In this document: in pieces, positions 47,621-55,923 of the stretch
How the letters are laid out: every line of letters begins with the position of its first letter
How positions within the stretch are numbered: position 1 is the first letter of the stretch
Source of the DNA: a virus
Reading direction: 5' to 3' (one strand)
Length of the DNA: 64,000 bases
IMG/VR virus record: IMGVR_UViG_3300024259_002316
Coordinates: 15,719 to 79,718 of that record
Position numbers and translations under genes: made by a program
The notes under the pieces: model-generated
Database searches by the model: none
Told to the model about the DNA's origin: nothing
Seen by the model: only the letters and a program-made list of their open reading frames with translations

Positions 47621-47742
47621 GACAGCATACAACTGCTGATCTGATAAGATTGTATATTATTGGTAAGTGGAGCGTTGTTAAGTTCTCGAGATCGGCTATC
47701 ACGTTTCTATTTATTAGAGAACTGATAATAAACAATCTTATC
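47621..47742 (+). ncRNA. Candidate structured ncRNA upstream of tRNA-Arg
   Basis: Nested inverted repeats: GATAAGATTGT/ACAATCTTATC (11 bp), TATTAT/ATAATA, AGTTCTC/GAGAACT; small CAGCA/TGCTG hairpin before them. Confidence 0.4.
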
Positions 47743-47756
47743 TCCTTTTTCATAAA

Positions 47757-47827
47757 GCCTTGGTAGTTCAGTGGGCGAACAGCTATTTCCGAAATAGAAA
47801 ATGAGGGTCCGATTCCCTTCCAGGGCA
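47757..47827 (+). tRNA. tRNA-Arg(CCG), no encoded CCA
   Basis: Cloverleaf: GCCTTGG/CCAGGGC acceptor, GTTC/GAAC D-stem, loop TT-CCG-AA, atypical T-loop TCCGATT. Confidence 0.75.
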
Positions 47828-47840
47828 GTAGGAAGATAAA

Positions 47841-48404
47841 ATGAATGAAGAAATATCTAAAAATTACATCATAACGGATAGCCATTTTTCCCATGAAGCT
47901 ATGCAGCAATATTGTGGTAGACCCTTTGATTTTGAGAAAAAGATAATCAAGCAATGGCAGGCAACCGTTAGCCCTCAAGATATAGTGTTTCATCTAGGAG
48001 ATGTCACATGGGGATCTCAAGGACAGCTACAGCAGATAATGCATGGATTGCCAGGAACTAAAATTCTTATTAGAGGAAATCATGACAAAGACCATTCTAA
48101 TAATTGGTTTATTAAAGCAGGTTTTTCTGTTGTTCTAGAAAAAGCTCAAATAAGTAAAGTTATCTTGTCCCATTTCCCTGCCATTTTAAGTCGAGAAGAA
48201 ATAGATTTTAACATTATTAATATCCATGGGCATTTTCATAATATGCCTCCAAAAAAATGGGAAAAGCAATTAATAGAAAGAATTACTTATAATCATTATT
48301 TACTTAGTTTAGAAGACGTTAATTATAAGCCAATATCATTAGAAGCAGCTATAAAAAGAAAATTTATCAAAAATTCCAAAAAATTATTGGAAAGTGAAAA
48401 ATGA
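47841..48404 (+). CDS. Calcineurin-like metallophosphoesterase
   Basis: TDSHF.H, HLGD, RGNHD, LSHFP, IHGHFH. Confidence 0.88.
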   Translation: MNEEISKNYIITDSHFSHEAMQQYCGRPFDFEKKIIKQWQATVSPQDIVFHLGDVTWGSQGQLQQIMHGLPGTKILIRGNHDKDHSNNWFIKAGFSVVLEKAQISKVILSHFPAILSREEIDFNIINIHGHFHNMPPKKWEKQLIERITYNHYLLSLEDVNYKPISLEAAIKRKFIKNSKKLLESEK

Positions 48405-48459
48405 TATGATACAAAGAAAACGTTATTAACCATTACTTTTATTTAGTGTGAGGTAAAAC

Positions 48460-48732
48460 ATGTTTACACTTAAGAAGACAGGCGAAGCTCTTATTGATAA
48501 AAATATAAAGAAGGTTATATCCTTTGATATAACTGTTCAGGCAATGCTTAAAGGTATTCATGATTGCCAAGAGCAGATAAATACTAATACTGAGACTATC
48601 AAAGTGCTCCAGGCAGAAAATGAAAGAATTACAGAGGTGCAAACTAGAGCATTTAAGCTTAAGGATAGTCTAGAGAAGACATTAGAAGAATTTAAAGATC
48701 CAGAAAAAAAGAGGGAAAAAGAAAAAAAATAA
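48460..48732 (+). CDS. Small coiled-coil protein
   Basis: GAGGT RBS; heptad pattern. Confidence 0.6.
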   Translation: MFTLKKTGEALIDKNIKKVISFDITVQAMLKGIHDCQEQINTNTETIKVLQAENERITEVQTRAFKLKDSLEKTLEEFKDPEKKREKEKK

Positions 48733-48748
48733 CAATTCTATACGATAT

Positions 48749-48821
48749 TGAGCAGTAGTTTAATTGGTGGAACATCTGTCTCTGGAACAGAAGGTTGCAG
48801 GTTCGAGTCCTGCCTGCTCAG
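48749..48821 (+). tRNA. tRNA-Gln(CUG), no encoded CCA
   Basis: TGAGCAG/CTGCTCA acceptor with U1-A72 and G73; stem TCTGT/ACAGA; loop CT-CTG-GA; T-loop TTCGAGT. Confidence 0.88.
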
Positions 48822-48915
48822 TTATAAAAGGTAAATATGAACGACAACACAAACAATTTGGAGCCTGAACCGTACGGTTGGAGATGGTGCGGACTCTTTA
48901 AGATTCGGGACAATC

Positions 48916-49215
48916 GTGAATATTCCAAGGGAAATATCTACAGATATTGTAAAATATCTCCAAGAAAAGAAAGGACAATCTGTTCCTGACATAGCTAAGT
49001 TTATGTCCACCACTCCCACTCACATCCAAGCAATTATCGATCAAAAGTCAAATCTTCAATTAGAAAATGTCGATAACTACCTCAACAATCTCAATATGAA
49101 ATTTTGGGAATTTATTTCTGAAGCCATTCCCGAAGAGCATCTGTCTCCCAGAATAAGAAGTAAAATTCAACTCTGTCAAGAATTAGCTGAGACTATAAAA
49201 AAGAAGAAACATTAA
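48916..49215 (+). CDS. XRE-like helix-turn-helix protein
   Basis: KGQSVPDIAKFMSTTPTHIQAI...NLQL. Confidence 0.55.
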   Translation: MNIPREISTDIVKYLQEKKGQSVPDIAKFMSTTPTHIQAIIDQKSNLQLENVDNYLNNLNMKFWEFISEAIPEEHLSPRIRSKIQLCQELAETIKKKKH

Positions 49216-49222
49216 AAAGTCC

Positions 49223-49251
49223 TTGCAAGTGAAAGTATATTTTGATATAAT
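49223..49251 (+). promoter_or_regulatory. Sigma-70-like promoter
   Basis: TTGCAA-GTGAAAGTATATTTTGA(17)-TATAAT. Confidence 0.7.
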
Positions 49252-49323
49252 ACTACTATTGATAATAGTATAATTATATAAATAACTATAAAATAAGGAC
49301 TTATACAAAAAGTTTAAATAAAG

Positions 49324-49767
49324 ATGGAAAAAATTGAACAAAAAGACCCAGGAGTAAAGGTAGGGGTAACGTCCATCATTGTAAGAGAAGGGAAAATATT
49401 GCTTGGTCTTAGAGGAGATGCTTGCGAAACAGCTAGGAACGAATGGGCCTACCCTGGAGGCAGAATGGACTATGGAGAAGATCCTATTACCTCTATAGCA
49501 AGAGAAGTTCATGAAGAAACGTTTATGTATGTACGTAAAAAAGATATAAAATTTCTTACTTGGGTCAATGAGTTCTTTCCCGAAGATAATAAGCATTATG
49601 TTAGTTTGGTATTTTGGATGACAAATCTAAAAGGAGACCCCATAGTAACAGAAAAAGATAAATGTAAAGAATGGAGATGGTTCGATCCAGATGACCTACC
49701 TGATAATACTTTTTGGGCATCTAAATTGAACATTAAAAAATATAGAGATAGAATAAAAAATGGCTAG
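49324..49767 (+). CDS. Nudix hydrolase (MutT/NUDT15-like)
   Basis: Nudix box GGRMDYGEDPITSIAREVHEET; EKDKCKEWRWF. Confidence 0.88.
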   Translation: MEKIEQKDPGVKVGVTSIIVREGKILLGLRGDACETARNEWAYPGGRMDYGEDPITSIAREVHEETFMYVRKKDIKFLTWVNEFFPEDNKHYVSLVFWMTNLKGDPIVTEKDKCKEWRWFDPDDLPDNTFWASKLNIKKYRDRIKNG

Positions 49768-50266
49768 AAAACAGACAACATGGATAGTGGACGTGGGAGA
49801 GGGAGATACCGAAGAATATCCAACAAAAAAAGAAGCAGAGATAGCAGAGGCAGAGTATCGCATAGATAAAGAAATTTATACTTTAACACAAATTTTTAGA
49901 AACTATTTTAAGGATTTTTATGACAAAGGGACTGGAGACAGACATAATAAATATATTCATCTATGTGTAGATTGAGGGATGAAATTATTAGAATATGAAT
50001 GCAAATTCGACGAACACAGAAATGAAAGAGGAGAGTTAGTATATAAACATGATGGAAAAATTATCACATTTTTAGATGGCACTCGATGTGCAGAATGTGA
50101 TAGAAAAGCTTTTATTCTATTTCAAAAAATGATTGCAGATTATAATAGAAAAAAACAAATAAATATTATAATAGATATCAGAAATTGGTCAGATACGTGC
50201 TCCCAACCCAAGCAAGAGTTGTTGCAGATTCTGAAAATAGTGGGATTCTGGGATAAAAATCATTAA
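49760..50266 (+). CDS. Two small hypothetical ORFs (49760..49975; 49979..50266)
   Basis: Coupled ORFs in the track with RBS-like sequences. Confidence 0.5.
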
Positions 50267-50366
50267 AATTCCAGACAATGAGTTTTTTCAATTAGTAGGT
50301 AAGAAAGACCTAAAAACGACGTAAAAAAGGTAAAAATGACCAAAAACGACAAAAAAAGGTAAAAAG

Positions 50367-52445
50367 ATGTCAAAAACAGACCTATTTGAACAAAATACTC
50401 AAAAAAGAATCAAAGAACTTGAAAAAACGATTATAGCTCTTGATACGGCTTTTCATGTAACAGGAGATGATTGCATCGACCCTTTTACAGGAGAAGTTGT
50501 ACTTGATAATGAGTATGATGCTCTTAAAAAAGAGCTTGAAAATCTACATCCTACATCTAAAATATTTAAAGATGTAACTGCTGCCAAATCATCTAAAATA
50601 AAAAATAAGATTATCCACGACCCTCCTATGACTTCTATTAATAAGTGCAATGGAACAGAAAAAGAAAAAGAAGCAATTCTTATGAAATTTTTTGAAGATT
50701 GTCGCAAAATAGATAAAGACATAGCAAGTCAGAAAAGCTATCCTGTTTGGTTGGAAAAATTCTTCACTATGTCATATAAACATGACGGTTTAGCTTTATC
50801 TTGTGAATATGAAAATGGAGATTTAAAAAGAGTAGGACTGCGTTCTAAAAGTGGGCAAGACGGTATTGACGTAACAGATTTAGCAAAATATATTGCAGGT
50901 ATTCCCCAAAACCTTAAAGACCCTGTAACTTGTAAGATTAGAGGAGAAGTCGAAACTCCAATTTCTGATTTTATAAGAGTAAGTGAAGAACTCGGAGATG
51001 ATGCTAAAGCTAATCCTAGAGCGCACACTGCTGGAAGTATGAATCACAAAACAGCAAAGAAGATGAAAGATCGAGGATTAAGATTTACAGCTTATAATGT
51101 TGTAGGTATTAAAAATCCTCCATACAAGACAGAAATCGAAAGAGCAAAGTGGACATCGAAATTAGGTTTTCATTATGTTAAAACAATTCCTTTTACTTTT
51201 GATATGTTGAAAACATTTGAAGACCAACACCGTAGATTAAATTTTATGGTGGATGGTGCTGTTATCTCTATTGGTAATTTAGAACTGCAAAAACAAATGG
51301 GGCAATCTGGAAGTAAACTTACAGGTAATCCTAAAGGTAAAATTGCTTTTAAGTTCAAAGATGAAATTAAAACTGCCATTGTTAAAGATATAACATGGCA
51401 AACAGGAAGAACAGGCAATATTACTCCTGTTCTTATCTTTGACGGAATACAACTAGAAGGAACAACTGTTAGCAAATGCACTGCCCACAACCTTGGAATG
51501 ATTAAAACTCATAAAATTGGAATAGGTTCTGAAATTGAGATTATTAAATCAGGAAAGATTATTCCGAAAATAAATAAAGTTATTAAAGCCAAAGGTTCGG
51601 CAAAGATTCCTACAAATTGTCCTTCTTGTGGAGAACGTCTTTTGGAAGTAGATGGTTCTGATGGAGCATTATCTTTAATCTGTGACAATTCTGACTGCTC
51701 TGCTCAAAATGTAAAAAGTCTTAATCATTGGATGAAAGTTTTGGGAGTAAAAGGAATTGCAGGAAGCACGATTGAAAAACTTATTGATGCTGGTTTAATC
51801 CGAAAAAGATCAGACTTTTATAAGCTTACTTTGGGAACTTTGCTAAATAATGGTATCACCGAAAGAACAGCAGTTTTGATTCTTGCCAGAATATGGATGA
51901 TTCCATCTCCTGAACAAGAAAAAGATAATGTTGTGCTAAGAAATAAATTAAAACCGATATTAAAAATAAACATTCCAACAGAAAAATTCTTTGCAGCTTT
52001 CGGGATTAAAGAAGCTGGAAAAGAAGTTGGCAGATTACTATCTCAACAATATCAAGATTTTAATGAAATAAGAAACTTGACTATAAGCGAACTTGAATCT
52101 ATAGATGGTATTGGCTCTATTACGGCTAAAAACACAGTTGACTTCTTAACCAAAAATAAACACGAAATCGATCAGTTGCTTCAGTTCATAACTCTTGAAT
52201 CTGCCAAAAATAAAGGTGGGAAATTAGATGGACAAGTATTTGTTCTTTCTGGTTCTATAGAGGGAGGAAAAGACCTATGGAAAGAATCTATCGAGGAGCA
52301 AGGAGGAATAGTTAAAAGCAGCGTTAGCAAAAAAACAAATTATTTGGTTGCGGGAGATGGCTCTGGTAGTAAATCAGATAAAGCAGAAGAGTTGAATATC
52401 CCTATTCTAACTGTCGATGATTTAGAAAAAATGATAGATGACTGA
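50367..52445 (+). CDS. ligA: NAD+-dependent DNA ligase
   Basis: KHDG adenylation motif, RGEV, DGAV, AFKF, WQTGRTG.ITPV, C4 Zn finger, HhH, BRCT. Confidence 0.92.
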   Translation: MSKTDLFEQNTQKRIKELEKTIIALDTAFHVTGDDCIDPFTGEVVLDNEYDALKKELENLHPTSKIFKDVTAAKSSKIKNKIIHDPPMTSINKCNGTEKEKEAILMKFFEDCRKIDKDIASQKSYPVWLEKFFTMSYKHDGLALSCEYENGDLKRVGLRSKSGQDGIDVTDLAKYIAGIPQNLKDPVTCKIRGEVETPISDFIRVSEELGDDAKANPRAHTAGSMNHKTAKKMKDRGLRFTAYNVVGIKNPPYKTEIERAKWTSKLGFHYVKTIPFTFDMLKTFEDQHRRLNFMVDGAVISIGNLELQKQMGQSGSKLTGNPKGKIAFKFKDEIKTAIVKDITWQTGRTGNITPVLIFDGIQLEGTTVSKCTAHNLGMIKTHKIGIGSEIEIIKSGKIIPKINKVIKAKGSAKIPTNCPSCGERLLEVDGSDGALSLICDNSDCSAQNVKSLNHWMKVLGVKGIAGSTIEKLIDAGLIRKRSDFYKLTLGTLLNNGITERTAVLILARIWMIPSPEQEKDNVVLRNKLKPILKINIPTEKFFAAFGIKEAGKEVGRLLSQQYQDFNEIRNLTISELESIDGIGSITAKNTVDFLTKNKHEIDQLLQFITLESAKNKGGKLDGQVFVLSGSIEGGKDLWKESIEEQGGIVKSSVSKKTNYLVAGDGSGSKSDKAEELNIPILTVDDLEKMIDD

Positions 52446-53010
52446 AGAACATAAAATACAGATAATAAAACATATAGAACCAGAACCTCTTCGAGAGGTT
52501 GGAGATATTCTCTATCCTTTTGCAAATTGGGAAACCACATCCACAGGAGATGGATGGTATACAAGATTTCCTGAAGAATTTTACGAAGAAAAACCTTATT
52601 ACCCACTAACAGAAATTTCTCAGAATCCATGGGATGCTCTGATTAAACTGGGAGTAAATTGTTTCGACTTTAAAGAAAAGGTCCAATACGAATGCCCTTA
52701 TAATAAATATATTCATTTTTGGTGCATTCCTGTCATAATTTTTTCGGACAATATCGAATTATGGATAAATAAATATAATATTCCTCATTCTCGATCTTTT
52801 TGCGATCAAGCATGGGCAAAGAAATTTTTTCCTGTAAAAACAAAAAATGGATTACCATTTACAAAAATTCAAAGATCATTATTAGGACCAGGATATACTT
52901 CAAAAACACTTGTTAATAGTGGAAATGGATATTTATATGACTCTCTATTAGTATTAGATAATGGGGATTATCTTGGTGCAAAAGTTTGGATATGGTTTAG
53001 TAAGAAATGA
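52438..53010 (+). CDS. Hypothetical protein
   Basis: 190-aa coupled ORF. Confidence 0.6.
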   Translation: MTEEHKIQIIKHIEPEPLREVGDILYPFANWETTSTGDGWYTRFPEEFYEEKPYYPLTEISQNPWDALIKLGVNCFDFKEKVQYECPYNKYIHFWCIPVIIFSDNIELWINKYNIPHSRSFCDQAWAKKFFPVKTKNGLPFTKIQRSLLGPGYTSKTLVNSGNGYLYDSLLVLDNGDYLGAKVWIWFSKK

Positions 53011-53315
53011 GTTGGAATTATAGAGTAATATTGCATAAGGCGGGAGAATTAAAAGAAAATCCCAAATTAAAATGGGAAGAATATCTTGCAATACATGAGG
53101 TTTATTACGATGAGAATGACGTTCCTGAGTCAGTAACAAAAGAACCTATTACAATTTCTGGAGAAGAAGGAAAAAATTCTTTAGTCTCTATCAAATGGAC
53201 ATTAGAAGGAATATTAACGGCTTTACAAAAGCCAATTTTAAATTACGATACTCTAGAAGAAATAGACAAGGAGAAACAAAATGATTTTAGCAAAAGCATT
53301 AAAACAAAAGAATAG
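53007..53315 (+). CDS. Conserved-looking small phage protein
   Basis: MSWNYRVI...AIHEVYYD pattern. Confidence 0.6.
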   Translation: MSWNYRVILHKAGELKENPKLKWEEYLAIHEVYYDENDVPESVTKEPITISGEEGKNSLVSIKWTLEGILTALQKPILNYDTLEEIDKEKQNDFSKSIKTKE

Positions 53316-53712
53316 GTTAGCACAAAGGATATCAAAGTTACAAGAAGAGATTCAAGTGGAGAATAGCTCTCGAGTAGATGATCCAAAAAAAATCAATGTA
53401 GAAGATTCTTTGGCGGAACTAGAATCAACAACCGAAAAACTTATCAAAATTAAAATAGCTATCTTTGTTGCTTCTACGCCAGTGCGAGAGAATATCTTAC
53501 GACTTGGAGAATTGAAATCTAAAATTGTATTTCTAAAAGGCATAAGTACTATAGAAGGAAAAATTAGACATTACGAGAGAGGCGATGTTGAATACAGCGT
53601 CGCAAAAGACAAGATATGGGTAAAAAACCAAATAACAATATGCGAACAATCTATTGATTGTCTCCAAGACGAATTGGACACATTTAACCACACTACCAAT
53701 ATTGAAATATAA
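53281..53712 (+). CDS. Coiled-coil protein resembling the DIP1984/DUF6847 family
   Basis: M.LAKALK.KNRL...I..LQ..I...N; IDCLQDELD.FNHTT.IEI C-terminus. Confidence 0.55.
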   Translation: MILAKALKQKNRLAQRISKLQEEIQVENSSRVDDPKKINVEDSLAELESTTEKLIKIKIAIFVASTPVRENILRLGELKSKIVFLKGISTIEGKIRHYERGDVEYSVAKDKIWVKNQITICEQSIDCLQDELDTFNHTTNIEI

Positions 53713-53713
53713 T

Positions 53714-53896
53714 AGTTAGGAGGGTTGAAAGAACAGGCGAATAATGGCTAATCTTATGGGCCCCACAAGGGTTAAGACTGATTAGATCTGGATCTTTTAA
53801 AATAAAAACTCAAGACTCAATTTTACAAGATATAAGATGTAATCTGCAAAACTTAATATAAGTCAAATTTTCCTAAGTACTTTGATTCTCCTAACT
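53714..53896 (+). ncRNA. Candidate structured RNA immediately 3' of the DIP1984-like gene
   Basis: Closing stem AGTTAGGAG/CTCCTAACT; internal hairpin CTAATC-TTA..GCCC-CACAA-GGGT-TAAG-GATTAG; short (C/T)AAGA repeats. Confidence 0.5.
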
Positions 53897-53938
53897 TATA
53901 TAAATTTAGAAAAAAGTAGAAAAAAGTGAAAAAAAGAC

Positions 53939-53966
53939 TTGCATTTCAAAAGTGAAAGTGTATAAT
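53939..53966 (+). promoter_or_regulatory. Sigma-70-like promoter for the nicotinamidase-vWA operon
   Basis: TTGCAT-16-TATAAT preceded by AAAAAAGT(A/G) repeats. Confidence 0.65.
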
Positions 53967-54019
53967 AGCAGTTGTAGTGAAGAATAAGGTTACTAATAAT
54001 TTTTTGAAAGGAAGTAGCA

Positions 54020-54877
54020 ATGGCTGAAAGAATTGACTTGTTGATCATTGACCCACAAAATGACTTTTGTTCCCCCGACGCGAATGCAAAAAAGGGGACT
54101 CCTCAAGAAGGGAATGGAGTCTACGAAGGGACTCTGTATGTTCCTGGTGCAGAAAAAGACATGGAACGACTAGGAGAGATGGTCAAAAAGTTTGGTACCA
54201 AAATCAAGAAAATCCATGTAACTCTTGATTGCCACCACTTAATTGACGTAACTCATCCCTTGATGTGGAGGAACAGTGATGGGCAGAATCCTGACCCATT
54301 CTCCATCTTTGGTTCAAAAGAAATTAAAGATGGGGTCTGGACCCCTGTGTTTCCTTCTCTCCGTCAAAAGTTTATTGACTACTGCGAAGAACTCGAAACA
54401 GGGTGTCGATACCCATTATGTATTTGGCCTCCCCACTGTTTGATTGGAAGTCCTGGTAATAATGTTCTGCCTATATTATTCGATACTCTTCAAAAGTGGG
54501 AAGAGAACAGGACAGATAATGTGGATTATGTAAGTAAAGGAAGTAATCCTTTTACCGAACATTATTCGGCCGTCAAAGCAGAGGTTCCTGATGTTCAAGA
54601 TCCTTCAACGCAATTAAACACTCGTTTAATTCAAACGTTGATGGAGGCAGACCAAATTCTGATTGCAGGAGAAGCAGGTAGTCACTGTGTTAAATCAACT
54701 GTGGAAGATATCGCAGATGGTTTTCAAGATGATTCCTACATAAAAAAGATGATTCTTCTTGAAGATGCTGTCAGCCCTGTTCAAAGTCCATTCGTAGATT
54801 TTCCTGCTATTCAAGCTCAGTTTATTGCTGACATGAAGGCAAGGGGAATGCAAACCGCAAATACCACCGATTTTTAA
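54020..54877 (+). CDS. pncA: Nicotinamidase/isochorismatase-family hydrolase (PncA-like)
   Basis: LLIIDPQNDFC, D.H, WPPHCLIG, KG.NPFTEHYSA, AGEAGSHCV (catalytic D/K/C). Confidence 0.8.
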   Translation: MAERIDLLIIDPQNDFCSPDANAKKGTPQEGNGVYEGTLYVPGAEKDMERLGEMVKKFGTKIKKIHVTLDCHHLIDVTHPLMWRNSDGQNPDPFSIFGSKEIKDGVWTPVFPSLRQKFIDYCEELETGCRYPLCIWPPHCLIGSPGNNVLPILFDTLQKWEENRTDNVDYVSKGSNPFTEHYSAVKAEVPDVQDPSTQLNTRLIQTLMEADQILIAGEAGSHCVKSTVEDIADGFQDDSYIKKMILLEDAVSPVQSPFVDFPAIQAQFIADMKARGMQTANTTDF

Positions 54878-54891
54878 AGGAAAACAAAATC

Positions 54892-55632
54892 ATGAGTAGT
54901 ACTACTTTAACCCAACATAGTTTGACAGGTCAGGCATATGGATATTCGGCAGCAGATCTCGGAGATCTGGGAGCAACCGAATATACTCTTGTTACCATGG
55001 TCGTTGATGGTAGTGGCAGCGTTTCTGCTTTCAAAGATGAAATTGAAACATGTATTCAAGAGGTTGTAAAGGCATGTAAATACAGTCCTCGATCTGATTA
55101 TTTACTTATCAGATTAATTGTTTTCAATAGTGATATGAAAGAAATACATGGTTTCAAACAGTTAATTGATTGCGATATCAATGATTATAAAGATTGCATA
55201 CATCCTAGTGGAACTACAGCGTTGTTCTCAACAGCAAGAAATGCAATTACTGCCACCAATGATTACGGTAAGCAATTAGCAGACAATGATTTTGAAGCCA
55301 ATGCTATTGTGTTTATTCTAACTGATGGCATGGACAATGAATCAGGAAGTATTGATTCATCTTCTGTGGGTGCCGCTTTGAAAGATGCTATGAGGGACGA
55401 GGCTCTTGAGTCAATAGTATCTATTCTAGTCGGTGTCGGCATTGGTGATTCATACAATGTTGGTGATTACTTGGATACTTTTAAAGATGAAGCAGGTTTG
55501 AACCAGTATGTAGAAATCAAAAATGCTACTGAAAAAACCTTAGCTAAACTTGCCGATTTCATCTCTAAATCGGTATCGAGTCAAAGTAAGGCGCTAGGCA
55601 GTGGGTCAATGTCTCAACAGTTGACTTTCTAA
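54892..55632 (+). CDS. vWA-domain protein (TerY-like)
   Basis: MIDAS VVDGSGS, SGTTALF, FILTDGMDN. Confidence 0.85.
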   Translation: MSSTTLTQHSLTGQAYGYSAADLGDLGATEYTLVTMVVDGSGSVSAFKDEIETCIQEVVKACKYSPRSDYLLIRLIVFNSDMKEIHGFKQLIDCDINDYKDCIHPSGTTALFSTARNAITATNDYGKQLADNDFEANAIVFILTDGMDNESGSIDSSSVGAALKDAMRDEALESIVSILVGVGIGDSYNVGDYLDTFKDEAGLNQYVEIKNATEKTLAKLADFISKSVSSQSKALGSGSMSQQLTF

Positions 55633-55659
55633 AAATTAACGTGGTCGTTATTTTGGTTG

Positions 55660-55696
55660 CCCTACCTATCCTTTTGGGTAGGTGGGGCTTTTTTAT
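55660..55696 (+). terminator. Intrinsic terminator after vWA gene
   Basis: GCCCTACCTATCC-TTTTG-GGTAGGTGGGGC followed by TTTTTT. Confidence 0.75.
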
Positions 55697-55725
55697 TAAT
55701 CAAATTTCTATTAGAAGAAAATATT

Positions 55726-55923
55726 ATGAAAACTTTTATAGCTGAACATAATGGAATCTATCTTGGAGGATACTCTGTTATTACAGCAAAAGATAGAAAC
55801 CAAGCAAGAAGATTATTAAAAAAATTACTAAAAGAACATAGCTTATCATTAAACAGTATTACACTTGAAGAAGTTGATATAACTTCTCCTAATGCTGCAA
55901 TGATCTGGAATGGAGATTATTAA
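55726..55923 (+). CDS. Small hypothetical protein (start revised)
   Basis: MKTFIAEHNGIYLGG; the track start lies inside the terminator. Confidence 0.55.
   Translation: MKTFIAEHNGIYLGGYSVITAKDRNQARRLLKKLLKEHSLSLNSITLEEVDITSPNAAMIWNGDY

Noticed and set aside
47535-47993. 152-aa minus-strand ORF
   Set aside because: Antisense to tRNA-Arg, the structured RNA and the phosphoesterase; no motifs.
48749-48821. Amber suppressor tRNA or stop-codon recoding
   Set aside because: The anticodon reads CTG (Gln), not CTA; genes are full-length under code 11 and use TAA, TAG and TGA as stops.
55657-55725. N-terminal extension of ORF 55657..55923
   Set aside because: Coincides with an intrinsic terminator hairpin; ATG 55726 is the more plausible start.
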